Under the pieces are notes generated by a model. That model was not told where the DNA came from, ran no database searches, and saw nothing but the letters and a program-made list of their open reading frames with translations. From Candidatus Aminicenantes bacterium (GTDB lineage: Bacteria; Acidobacteriota; Aminicenantia; UBA2199), in contig JAFGST010000027.1 in assembly GCA_016934475.1 (NCBI GenBank), positions 1-57,787 of the forward strand: a stretch of DNA of 57,787 nucleotides, in the 5' to 3' direction. The position numbers and the translations under genes are program-made. Positions 47,118 to 56,005 of the stretch are shown here, one piece after another; the first letter of the stretch is position 1; each line of letters begins with the position of its first letter.

Positions 47118-48406
47118 GCCGCATCGCCTCCTTTTGGCGCCGGATCGCCCCACGAGGCTCCTTCCGCGCCGACGTGCTGACGCTCATGACCGGGACGGCC
47201 CTGGGGCAGGCGCTGCTGCTGGCCATCGCGCCACTGCTGACCCGGCTCTTCTCGCCGGCGGCCTTCGGCGCCTTCGGGGTCTATTTGTCGCTGGCCGCCA
47301 TCATGAGCTCGGTGAGCACCCTGCGCTTCGACCAGGCGCTCATGCTGCCGGCCGAAGAAGAGGAGGCCGCCTCTCTTCTCGGGGCGGCGCTGCTGGCTTC
47401 GACCGCGACGGCCCTCGCCGTCTTTGTCGCCGTGCAGTTCGGCCAGCGCCGTGCGCTGACGGCGCTGCGCATCGAGGCCCTCGGCGGTTGGATCCTGGTG
47501 CTGCCGCTTTCCGTATTGACGTACGGAGTGTTCCAGGCATTGAACTCCTGGGCCGTGCGCCACAAGGAGTTCACCCAATCGTCGGCGGCGCAGGGGACGC
47601 GGGCGCTGGCCATTGCGGCCGTGCAGCTTGGCTCCGGCGTCCTGCGATCGGGCCCCGGCGGCCTCGTCGTGGGCGCCGCCGCCGGCGACGCGGTCGGCGC
47701 CGCGCTGCTGGCCGCAAGAGCCCGGCGGCATCATGGCGGCCTGCTGCGGCGCTCGTTCCGCTGGCGGCGCATCGTTGCCACGGTGCGCGACTACCGCGAT
47801 TTCCCAATGTTCAGCACCCCGCAGAACCTGCTCAACGCCGTTTCGCAGCACCTGCCGCTGCTGCTGCTGGCGAAATTCTTCGGCCCGGCCGTGGCTGGGT
47901 TCTACGTGCTGGCCGTACGCTCGGTGCAGACGCCAATGAACCTTTTCCTGACCTCGTTGCGCCAGGCGTTTTTCCAGAAGGCCAGCGAGCTTCACAACCG
48001 CGGCGGCGACACCTGGTCCCTGTTCCGCCTCACGACCCTGCACCTGCTGGCCATGGCGGCATTGCCCACCCTGGCCGTCGTTCTGTTCGGGCCAAGCCTC
48101 TTCGCCTTCGTCCTGGGCGGCCGATGGCTGACTGCTGGCGCGTACGCGCGCTGGCTGGTACTGTGGCAGGGGCTGATGTTCGCCAACGTCCCGGCCGTAT
48201 TCTTCGCCCAGGTGCTGCGCAAGCAGAAGGAGGTGCTGCTGGTGGACGTCGTCCTGCTCTTTGCCCGGGCCCTGGCCATCGTCGCCGGCGGGCTGCGCCG
48301 CGACCCGCTGCTGGGCGTCATCCTCTACAGCCTGGTCGGCGTCGCGGTCAACCTGTTCATGATCGCCTGGGTGGGACGTCTGCTCTGGCGGGGGAGAAGA
48401 AGATGA
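47114..48406 (+). CDS. Oligosaccharide flippase (Wzx / MOP superfamily)
   Basis: 430-aa polytopic ORF with an ATGA overlap. The N-terminus (GTALGQALLLAIAPLLTRLFSPAAFG) is typical of polysaccharide biosynthesis flippases. Confidence 0.75.
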   Translation: MSRIASFWRRIAPRGSFRADVLTLMTGTALGQALLLAIAPLLTRLFSPAAFGAFGVYLSLAAIMSSVSTLRFDQALMLPAEEEEAASLLGAALLASTATALAVFVAVQFGQRRALTALRIEALGGWILVLPLSVLTYGVFQALNSWAVRHKEFTQSSAAQGTRALAIAAVQLGSGVLRSGPGGLVVGAAAGDAVGAALLAARARRHHGGLLRRSFRWRRIVATVRDYRDFPMFSTPQNLLNAVSQHLPLLLLAKFFGPAVAGFYVLAVRSVQTPMNLFLTSLRQAFFQKASELHNRGGDTWSLFRLTTLHLLAMAALPTLAVVLFGPSLFAFVLGGRWLTAGAYARWLVLWQGLMFANVPAVFFAQVLRKQKEVLLVDVVLLFARALAIVAGGLRRDPLLGVILYSLVGVAVNLFMIAWVGRLLWRGRRR

Positions 48407-49431
48407 GCGCGCTGTTCTTTCTCGGGGACGTCCATCTGGAACGGCCGCAGCACTCCGAGGTACCCCTGGAGGGAGAGTACATCTGCAACCTGGAGTCGCC
48501 GGTCACCCGCTCGGCGCAGGCGGCGCCGGGGAAAATCAACCTCAGAACCGATGACCTGTTCCTGAAGGAGACCTTCGGGCGGGAGCCGGCCGCGGTCTGC
48601 CTGGCCAATAACCATGTCATGGACTACGGGAGGGAGGGTTTCCTCGACACCATCGCCTGCCTGGAACGGCGCGGCATCGGCTGGTTCGGCGCCGGCCGCC
48701 TGGCCGAGAACTGCCGCAACCCGCTGTTGCTCGAGGTGGGCGGCGTGCGCGTTGCCCTCCTGGGTTATGTCGACGCCGGCACCCAGCCCATGGTCGCCGT
48801 CGGCGACGGGTATGGCGCCGCTGCGCTCGATGAACCGGCCGTCACCCGCGACATGGCCGCGGCGCGCGAAGCGGGCGCCGGCCGCGTCGTCGTCCAGCTG
48901 CACTGGGGCGAGGAGGACATTCCCTTGCCGCGGCCGGCCGACGTGCGCACGGCGCGGCGCCTCGTCGAATGGGGGGCCGATCTGATCATCGGCCACCACT
49001 CGCACTGCATTCAACCGATCGAAGTTCACCGCGGGCGGCACATCTTTTATGGCTTGGGTAACGCCCTATTTCCCGAGGGGGGGATGGCCTCCCATGCCGC
49101 CGACGGCAGACTTCTGGACAACCAACAGATGAAGTGGCAGCCTTGGAACCGCCGCTCGCTCATGGTGCGCTACGATCCGGCTTCCGGCGCGGTCCGCGCA
49201 TTCCTGCTCCGCTTCGATTCCTTCCTGATTATGGAATCCGGCCGCCGCCCCGAGGAGCGTTTCGCGTTCGCCTCCGTGCCGGACCGGCGCTACGAGAGGC
49301 GCTATTCCCGCGTTCGCCGTTGGGCCGTAATCCGACGTCTGGCGGCCAGCTTTCTCTCGCGTCCCCGGTTGCCCAAGCCGCGAAACTGGGCTTGGCTGCG
49401 CGACGTGTTGCGCGGCGGGCGGGAGGGCTGA
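48403..49431 (+). CDS. CapA-family (PGA_cap metallophosphatase-fold) protein, no N-terminal TM
   Basis: The true start is the ATG at 48403 (ATGA overlap; the track ORF 46969-49431 is mostly a spurious extension). Motifs are FLGDVHL, CNLESPVT, LANNHVMDYG, LHWGEE and IGHHSHCIQPIE. Confidence 0.75.
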   Translation: MSALFFLGDVHLERPQHSEVPLEGEYICNLESPVTRSAQAAPGKINLRTDDLFLKETFGREPAAVCLANNHVMDYGREGFLDTIACLERRGIGWFGAGRLAENCRNPLLLEVGGVRVALLGYVDAGTQPMVAVGDGYGAAALDEPAVTRDMAAAREAGAGRVVVQLHWGEEDIPLPRPADVRTARRLVEWGADLIIGHHSHCIQPIEVHRGRHIFYGLGNALFPEGGMASHAADGRLLDNQQMKWQPWNRRSLMVRYDPASGAVRAFLLRFDSFLIMESGRRPEERFAFASVPDRRYERRYSRVRRWAVIRRLAASFLSRPRLPKPRNWAWLRDVLRGGREG

Positions 49432-49449
49432 GGGAGAAGGCCGGCGCCT

Positions 49450-50412
49450 TCAGAAGATCTTGCGGTAGACGTGGCAGTAGGGGCTGCCGCCTTTTTTCTG
49501 GTAGTAGCTCTGGTGGTAGTCCTCGGCCGGCCAGAATTCGCGGGCCTTCGTGACGCGGGTGGCCACCGCGTATCCCTTGGCGCGGAGCAGGTCCACCAGC
49601 TTCCCGGCGGCCTGCTTCTGGCTTTCGTCCACATAGAATATTTCCGAGCGGTATTGCGTGCCGACATCGGGGCCTTGGCGGTCGACCTGGGTGAAATCGT
49701 GGGTCTCGAAGAAGAGCTTCGCGAGGTCCTCGAAGCTGGTCTGGGCGGGGTCGAATATCACCTTTACCGCCTCGGCGTGTCCGGTTGAACCGCGGCCCAC
49801 CTCATCGTAAGTTGGACGCGCGGTGTCTCCCCCGGTGTAGCCGACCTCGGTGGTCAGAACTCCTTTTGCCCGCTGGAAATGATACTGGGTGCCCCAGAAG
49901 CAGCCGGAGGCGAAGATGGCCGTCCCGCTCTCGCCCTCCTCGGCGGGAACGAAGTTCATGGAGATGGAATTGACGCAGTGGCGCGTGTTCCGGGCCGTGA
50001 AGCCCTCGCCGAAGAACACGTGACCCAGGTGGGCGCCGCAGGCGGCGCAGGTGATCTCGGTGCGCCGGCCGTCGGCGTCGGACTGGCGCCGCACGGCTCC
50101 CGGGAGTTCCTGGTCGAAACTCGGCCAGCCGCAGCCCGAGTCGAACTTGGCCGTGGAAAGAAAGAGGGGGGTGCCGCAACGCTTGCACACGTACGTTCCC
50201 TTGCCCTTGAAATCGTGATACTTGCCGGAGAAGGGACGCTCGGTTCCCTTGTGCACGATGACCCGCTCCTCCTCGGGGGTCAGCCTATTATCGGTCATGT
50301 TCACCTCGGGCCTGGCCAGCAGCATGTACAGAGCCGTTGTGGCCACTAATGAGATTAAAATGGTAACATTTTTCATAGATAAATTAATGCCGTGATTTTT
50401 AGCTTCTGTCAA
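49450..50412 (-). CDS. msrBA: Exported bifunctional methionine sulfoxide reductase, MsrB-MsrA domain order
   Basis: It has an N-terminal hydrophobic anchor/signal (MKNVTILISLVATTALYMLLA; start 50412 or 50376). MsrB motifs are CKRCGTPLF, GWPSF and RHCVNS. MsrA motifs are GCFWG and GHAEAV. Confidence 0.85.
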   Translation of the reverse strand: MTEAKNHGINLSMKNVTILISLVATTALYMLLARPEVNMTDNRLTPEEERVIVHKGTERPFSGKYHDFKGKGTYVCKRCGTPLFLSTAKFDSGCGWPSFDQELPGAVRRQSDADGRRTEITCAACGAHLGHVFFGEGFTARNTRHCVNSISMNFVPAEEGESGTAIFASGCFWGTQYHFQRAKGVLTTEVGYTGGDTARPTYDEVGRGSTGHAEAVKVIFDPAQTSFEDLAKLFFETHDFTQVDRQGPDVGTQYRSEIFYVDESQKQAAGKLVDLLRAKGYAVATRVTKAREFWPAEDYHQSYYQKKGGSPYCHVYRKIF

Positions 50413-50425
50413 CTAAAAAAGAGGC

Positions 50426-50608
50426 TCAGTCCTTTTTCTTGACCGTGAGCACGTAGAGGGCGAACAGGATCAGCACGCCGATATAGAGGTAGGGAATGGC
50501 CCAGGGCCACAGCGGGTGCCCCTTGAATACGGTCTTGACGACGTAGAACAACACCGCCGACACCGCCGTGATCAGCAGCCAGATGACCGAGATCTTCTTA
50601 AAAACCAT
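50426..50608 (-). CDS. Small two-TM membrane protein (60 aa)
   Basis: The ATG at 50608 is preceded by ggagga (rc of 50614-50619). The sequence is MVFKKISVIWLLITAVSAVLFYVV...WAIPYLYIGVLILFALYVLTVKKKD. The track ORF extends further upstream into the preceding gene. Confidence 0.5.
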   Translation of the reverse strand: MVFKKISVIWLLITAVSAVLFYVVKTVFKGHPLWPWAIPYLYIGVLILFALYVLTVKKKD

Positions 50609-50672
50609 AGGTATCCTCCCACTTGCCGTATCGTAACTTCCATGGTCGACGATGTCAATACCCGTCGCGGCT

Positions 50673-52238
50673 TCAGGGAAGCTTGGAGAGATCGAGCTTG
50701 GCCGCGAATTGCCGCAAAAGTTCGAGCCCTCCGGCATCGTGGGTCTTCAGCTCGACCAGGTAGCGGTCCTTAAAAATGATACCGATGCTCGCGTCGCCGT
50801 CCTTTTTGTCGAGGCGCTCCACCACCGGCGTGTCCTTGATGGTCGTTACCTGCTGGAACGCTTCGGGGTTGTCGATGCGGATGTTCATGGCCAGGATCAT
50901 CTTGAGCCCGGCCAGCAGGGCCGAGGCCGTGCCGGCATCGGTGATGTGGACGCGCACGGAGCGGCCGTCGGCAGCGGCGTAATCGGCCTCCAGCGAGGCC
51001 GTTTCCATCTCGCCGTAGGCGCTCCGGCCATAGCGCGGCTCCTGCATCTGCCAGCCGCCGACCACGGGAAGCGCCGACTTCATGACGCCCTCGGCGGCGA
51101 TGCTGATCTTGCCTCCCTGGATCTTTTCCGACTCGGCCTTGATGCCCTCCATGCCCTTCTGCATCGCCTGGGCGAGTTGCTCCATGCGCTGCGCGCCCTC
51201 TTGCCCGGGACCGGCAACGGCCAGCGGTGAGGCCTTCTTCTTGGGAGCCAGCAGAAGGATCAGTGCGACGGCCAGCGCCGCCAGCAGTACGATGGCGCCG
51301 ATGATGATGGTCATCATCTTTTTATAGGCGCTGACCTGGGTTTCCTCCTTTTGCCGTTCCAGGCCTCCGATCAGGGCCTGCATCCCTTCCATCTCCGACC
51401 TGGCGGCCGCGACCGCAGTCCTCTCCCCGGACAGCCCGGGATCGCCGCCCTGGGTGGCCGCCAGCTTTTCGCCCAGGAGCCGGAAGTCGCCCTTCTGCTT
51501 CGTTTCCGCCTCCCGGACCTTGACGCCGTTCTGGTCCAGTTCACTCTTCAGGGCGGAAATCTTCTTATCCAGTTCGGAATTGATCCGCTTCTGTTCCTGG
51601 CGCAGGGCGTCGAGCTGCTTCTGCTCCTGGCCCGACTCCTCCTGCAGCGAGGCGACCCGCGCCGAGACCGGCTTGCCGGCTTCGTCGCGGGCATGGATCC
51701 CGGCCTGCAGCGCCTCCTCCTCCTTGGCCAGGAGATCGAGCCGCTGCTGCCATTCGCTCTTTTCCGCTTCGCCGGCCTCCGGGCTGGCGATCTTGCTCTG
51801 AAGCTGGCCGCGCTCGCCGGCAATGATCCCCAGCCTGCTCCGGGACTGTTGCGACTCCTTTTGAGCCGCCTGCAGGAGGCTTTTCTGTTCTTCCAGCCGC
51901 TGGTCCACTTCCCGCTTTTTTTCCTCCGCCTGCTTCTGGGCACCGGCGAGACGATCGTTCTCCTGCTTCCTTCTTTCCTCGTTCTCCTGCTTCTGCTTCT
52001 GCAGCTGCTCGGACTGCGTCCGCAGGTCGTCCAGCGTCCGCTGCGTCTCCCTCAGCGAGGCATGCAGCTCGGCGAACATCGACGTGTCCGTCTTGCTTTC
52101 CCAGGCCTTCCGCCCCAGGGCCGTCAGCAGCCCGTCGTGCGCCTTCTCCTTCTCATTGAGCTCGGAGCTCATCCTGCCCAGCGATTTCCTGCGCCTGCGC
52201 TCCTTCATCCCCTCCTGGAATATCGTCTTCAGGCTCAT
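50673..52238 (-). CDS. Bitopic membrane protein: about 310-aa cytoplasmic coiled coil, one TM, about 185-aa extracytoplasmic domain; unknown function
   Basis: 521-aa ORF. The N-terminal half is Q/E/K/R-rich with heptads. The TM is MMTIIIGAIVLLAALAVALILLLA. The C-terminal globular part ends LELLRQFAAKLDLSKLP. Confidence 0.7.
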   Translation of the reverse strand: MSLKTIFQEGMKERRRRKSLGRMSSELNEKEKAHDGLLTALGRKAWESKTDTSMFAELHASLRETQRTLDDLRTQSEQLQKQKQENEERRKQENDRLAGAQKQAEEKKREVDQRLEEQKSLLQAAQKESQQSRSRLGIIAGERGQLQSKIASPEAGEAEKSEWQQRLDLLAKEEEALQAGIHARDEAGKPVSARVASLQEESGQEQKQLDALRQEQKRINSELDKKISALKSELDQNGVKVREAETKQKGDFRLLGEKLAATQGGDPGLSGERTAVAAARSEMEGMQALIGGLERQKEETQVSAYKKMMTIIIGAIVLLAALAVALILLLAPKKKASPLAVAGPGQEGAQRMEQLAQAMQKGMEGIKAESEKIQGGKISIAAEGVMKSALPVVGGWQMQEPRYGRSAYGEMETASLEADYAAADGRSVRVHITDAGTASALLAGLKMILAMNIRIDNPEAFQQVTTIKDTPVVERLDKKDGDASIGIIFKDRYLVELKTHDAGGLELLRQFAAKLDLSKLP

Positions 52239-52333
52239 GGCTTCACCTCCCTCAAGAACACGGCTGTCGCCAGGATTGTATGGGAAACGGAGGGAAAATT
52301 CAAATTCCCGGCCGTCTTCTTCCCGGCGCCGCG

Positions 52334-52756
52334 CTACTCCATCCCGGGATGGGGCTTTTGCCGCGCCTGCTTGAGGGTGCTGCGGCGCTTCTTTTTTTCC
52401 ATGCGCCGGGCTCGGGCGGCAGCGCTGGGACGCGTGGGGCGGCGCGGCCTGGGGGGGACGGCGGCGCGCAGGATCAGCTGCCGCAGGCGTTCCAGGGCGT
52501 CGCGGCGGTTGGCCTCCTGGGTGCGGAAGCGCCGGGCATCGATCACCAGGACACCCGTGCTGCCGATCCGCCGGCCGGCCAGCTCCCGCAGGCGGCGCTT
52601 GAGGGCTTCGGTCAGGGAGGGGGAGCGGTCGACGTCGAAGTAGAGCTTGACCGCGGTGGCCACCTTGTTGACGTTTTGGCCGCCGGGGCCCGAGGCGCGG
52701 ACGAACTCGAACGCGATCTCGCCCTCTTCCAGGGAGATGCCCCTGCCGACGTCCAT
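52334..52756 (-). CDS. arfB: Peptidyl-tRNA hydrolase ArfB (alternative ribosome-rescue factor B)
   Basis: 140-aa ORF with the RF-1-domain GGQ motif (ASGPGGQNVNKV) and a basic C-terminal tail (KKKRRSTLKQARQK). Confidence 0.85.
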   Translation of the reverse strand: MDVGRGISLEEGEIAFEFVRASGPGGQNVNKVATAVKLYFDVDRSPSLTEALKRRLRELAGRRIGSTGVLVIDARRFRTQEANRRDALERLRQLILRAAVPPRPRRPTRPSAAARARRMEKKKRRSTLKQARQKPHPGME

Positions 52757-52760
52757 GCCG

Positions 52761-53582
52761 TCAGTCCTCCTCCGCCCTCCCTGGAGGCAGCCGGTAGTCC
52801 GCGAACGTGGTGGTGCTGCGGAAGCGCTTGATGATGAAGAGAAAGCCGCCGTGGCCTCGGATGGTGACCTGCTTCACCACCCACTTATCGGGATGGCGCG
52901 TGTCGTACAGATAGATCGTCCAGAAGCTGCGGATGTGGCTCGGAAGCGGCTCCAGGGTGAATTCCATCTTGACGGGGATCCCGCTCACCTCGTCCAGCCA
53001 GGCCATGCCGGTCCAGGTGAGCTCCTCGGCCTCGCCCTTGCGCAGGATTCTCGTGCGGAAGGAGAAATCGAAGCGCCGGCAGGCGTGGCCGAACAGCGCC
53101 TGCCTTTCGGCGCTGGCCCGCCACGAGACGAGCTTCTGCTTCTCGGGATCGAAGGGGCTGTCGGAGATGGAAACCGAGTAGGAGTCTTCCTTGTCCGGGT
53201 CCATCCCCTCCGGCGTGCTCCGGATCTCGACCTTCTTACTCATCTCCCCGGTCGTGTCCTTGCCGTTCTTCATGGAGCGCGTCAACTTGGTGTGCAGCCG
53301 GCCCTGGTCGTCCAGGCGCAGGGCGAAATTCAGCTCGGTGACCGAGTAGGGCTCGTGGCGGCGGTTCAGCACCTCGGAAACCACGGTGACTTTCCGCGGG
53401 TACCAGTCGCGGTTCTTCTCGTAGATGGCCAGGGCCTTCTTCCAGAGCGCGGCGGCATCGGCGCCGAAGGAGGGATCGGCCGCGGAGCGGATCTCGTCGC
53501 CTCGGAGCGGACGTCCCAGGACAAGGGCGATGCCGAGGCACAGGAAGGCGACCCCCCCCCTCACGCCGGATCTCCGCACCAT
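52761..53582 (-). CDS. Secreted hypothetical protein (possibly LolA-like fold)
   Basis: 273-aa ORF with a signal-like N-terminus (GGVAFLCLGIALVLG). It ends 4 nt before the arfB start. The fold suggestion is an impression only. Confidence 0.55.
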   Translation of the reverse strand: MVRRSGVRGGVAFLCLGIALVLGRPLRGDEIRSAADPSFGADAAALWKKALAIYEKNRDWYPRKVTVVSEVLNRRHEPYSVTELNFALRLDDQGRLHTKLTRSMKNGKDTTGEMSKKVEIRSTPEGMDPDKEDSYSVSISDSPFDPEKQKLVSWRASAERQALFGHACRRFDFSFRTRILRKGEAEELTWTGMAWLDEVSGIPVKMEFTLEPLPSHIRSFWTIYLYDTRHPDKWVVKQVTIRGHGGFLFIIKRFRSTTTFADYRLPPGRAEED

Positions 53583-53592
53583 GCTCGCGGCC

Positions 53593-53997
53593 TCAATCGA
53601 GCAGGCGCTTTTCGCCCTCGAGGCGACGGGCCTCCTCGAGGTCCTGGGTGACCTCCAGGCAGCCCAGGTACTCGCCGCCCTCGCCGCGCAGGGCGAAGAA
53701 TTCGATCAGCACCAGGTGCCGTTCGCCGCCGACTTGGGCTTGGATCCAGAAACGCGCTTTGTCGCGGGTGCCGGCTTTCATCTCGGCCACGATCTGCTCC
53801 ACCTTGGCCAGGCTGGTGGCGGGATGGCATTTTCGGAAATTGAGTCCCATGCTGGCCTGGGGCCGGTGGAAGAGGCGGGAGTCGCCCTTGTTCCAGGCCA
53901 CGACCTCGTCGTTGGCGTCGATGACGGTGATCTCGATGGGCATGGTCTCGATCACCGCTTTAACTAGCTTTTCATCCATGCGGTCGAACACGAACAT
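53593..53997 (-). CDS. Stand-alone PAS domain protein (DUF438-associated PAS type)
   Basis: The start at 53997 (MFVFDRMDE) follows aggagg. Motifs are PIEITVIDANDEVVAWN, FRKCHPATSL, FWIQ, YLGCLEVTQDL and LEGEKRLL. Confidence 0.65.
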   Translation of the reverse strand: MFVFDRMDEKLVKAVIETMPIEITVIDANDEVVAWNKGDSRLFHRPQASMGLNFRKCHPATSLAKVEQIVAEMKAGTRDKARFWIQAQVGGERHLVLIEFFALRGEGGEYLGCLEVTQDLEEARRLEGEKRLLD

Positions 53998-54125
53998 GGT
54001 GGCCTCCTGCGTAGTCTTTCTCGACTTCGGCTGCAAAAATTTATTATAGTACAATAAAGCAAAAAATGCTTGCCTACGACCGACCCCGTGTTGACTTTTT
54101 TCCCTTCTTTTTCCAAAATCCCCTC

Positions 54126-55214
54126 ATGAGAAGATTTCTTTCCCTTGGAATCGCTTTTTTTCTGTTTTTTGCCGCTTCCCCTTTGCCCTGCTGCGGCGGG
54201 AGGGCGGAGCAGGAGATCGCCCTCAGCGCGGAGCAGGCCGGGCGGCTGGCGCAGCTGCCGCTGAAGTGCCTGCAGCGCGAGTTTCCCAACAAGCCAGGGG
54301 AGACGCTGGCCGCGCCGGCCGACATCGGCTCGCCGCGGGGGCTGCACCCGGCCTTCTACGGCTGCTTCGACTGGCACTCCTCGGTCCACGGCCACTGGAT
54401 GCTGGTGCGCCTGCTGAGGAAGTTCCCGGCCCTCGAGGCCGGCGCGACCATCCGGGCTAAGCTGGCCGAGAACATCACCACCGGCAGCATCCTCGACGAG
54501 GTGCGCTACTTCCGGCGCAGCGAGGAGAAGTCGTTCGAGCGCACCTACGGCTGGGCCTGGCTGCTGAAGCTCGCCGAGGAGCTGCACGGCTTCGACGATC
54601 CCCTGGCGCGTGAGCTGGAAAAGAACCTGCGGCCGCTCACCGGCCTGGTCGTGGAGCGCTGGCTGGAGTTCCTGCCCAAGCTTGTCTACCCGGTGCGCGT
54701 CGGCGAGCATGCCAACACCGCCTTCGGCATGGCCTTCGCCTGGGACTACGCGGATGCCGTCGGCCAGAAGGCGCTGAAGGATCTGGTGGAAAGGAGGGCG
54801 CGCGACTTCTACCTGGACGACCGCGACTGCCCCTTGGGATGGGAGCCGGGCGGCACCGACTTCCTCTCGCCCTGCCTGGAGGAGGCCGACTTGATGCGCC
54901 GCGTGCTGCCCGCCGGCGAATTCACCCGCTGGCTGAAGCGCTTCCTGCCGCCTCTGGCCGACAAGCGGTTTTCGCTCGCCCCGGGGATCGTCTCCGACCG
55001 CAGAGACGGCAAGCTGGTCCACCTCGACGGCCTCAACTTCAGCCGCGCCTGGTGCCTCTACGGCATCGCTTCCCTCAAGGGATATGGACACCTGAGGAGC
55101 ATCGCCGACGAGCACCTGCGCCACTCGCTGCCTACGGTCGCCGGCGATTCCTACGAAGGCGGCCACTGGCTGGCCACGTTCGCCCTGTACGCCCTGGCCC
55201 AGGCTTCGCGCTAA
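54126..55214 (+). CDS. DUF2891-family protein, exported
   Basis: The start at 54126 (MRRFLSLGIAFFLFFAAS) is signal-like. Motifs are HPAFYGCFDWHSSVHGHWMLVRLLR and GEHANTAF. Confidence 0.65.
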   Translation: MRRFLSLGIAFFLFFAASPLPCCGGRAEQEIALSAEQAGRLAQLPLKCLQREFPNKPGETLAAPADIGSPRGLHPAFYGCFDWHSSVHGHWMLVRLLRKFPALEAGATIRAKLAENITTGSILDEVRYFRRSEEKSFERTYGWAWLLKLAEELHGFDDPLARELEKNLRPLTGLVVERWLEFLPKLVYPVRVGEHANTAFGMAFAWDYADAVGQKALKDLVERRARDFYLDDRDCPLGWEPGGTDFLSPCLEEADLMRRVLPAGEFTRWLKRFLPPLADKRFSLAPGIVSDRRDGKLVHLDGLNFSRAWCLYGIASLKGYGHLRSIADEHLRHSLPTVAGDSYEGGHWLATFALYALAQASR

Positions 55215-55237
55215 GCAGGACTTTCGGAGGAGAGGCC

Positions 55238-56005
55238 CTATTTGATCAGGCGCTTTTTCATCCGCTGCACGCCAAAGAGGAACGCGGCGCCGCCCAGCCC
55301 CAGGATGACCGCGAAGTTGAGGATCAGCCCGCGCGAGTACTCGCCGTTGAAGATGGCCCGCGAGACGGCCACGGCGTGGGTCAGGGGCATGAACTGCGAC
55401 AGGGTCTTCATCCAGGGCGGGAACTTGTCCAGGGGGAAGAAGACGCCGGAGAAGAAGAGCATGGGCGTGAGCACCAGCTCCGAGTAGTAGTTGAAGAAGT
55501 CGAAGTTGGGGGCGAACGAGGTGACGACCATGGCCAGCGAGCCGAAGAGGATGCCGACGAAAACCATCAGCAGCACCAGCAGCAGCACGCTGGCCGGCGA
55601 CACCGGCAGGATGCCCATCAGGATGGCCACGATCATCATCAGCGAGCCGCTGACCAGGCCGCGGAAGGCGCCCCAGGCGATGTCGCCCGCCACCGCGTCC
55701 TCGGCCGAGACCGGGGTGGCGATCAACGCGTCGTAGAGCTTCTCGTGGGCCATCTTGACGAAGGTGCCGTACATGCACTCGAAGCTGGCGCTCATCATCA
55801 CCGAGGTGACCAGCACGCCGGGGACCAGGAAATAGAGGTAGGGCCGGCCGCCGAAGTAGCCGATGTAGGCGCCCATGCCGATGCCGAAGGTGATCAGGTA
55901 AAAGAGGGGTTGGACCAGGCTGGCCAGGAAGGTGGTCATCACGAAGCGCTTGTAGGAGACCATGTTGCGCCAGAAGACGAAGACGATGCGCCGCGAGAGG
56001 TTCAT
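55238..56005 (-). CDS. ABC-2 type exporter permease
   Basis: 255 aa from MNLSRRIVFVFWRNMVSYKRF with six hydrophobic segments. It has an ATGA overlap with the upstream ATPase. The track ORF (to 56827) is an out-of-frame extension over the ATPase gene. Confidence 0.8.
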   Translation of the reverse strand: MNLSRRIVFVFWRNMVSYKRFVMTTFLASLVQPLFYLITFGIGMGAYIGYFGGRPYLYFLVPGVLVTSVMMSASFECMYGTFVKMAHEKLYDALIATPVSAEDAVAGDIAWGAFRGLVSGSLMMIVAILMGILPVSPASVLLLVLLMVFVGILFGSLAMVVTSFAPNFDFFNYYSELVLTPMLFFSGVFFPLDKFPPWMKTLSQFMPLTHAVAVSRAIFNGEYSRGLILNFAVILGLGGAAFLFGVQRMKKRLIK

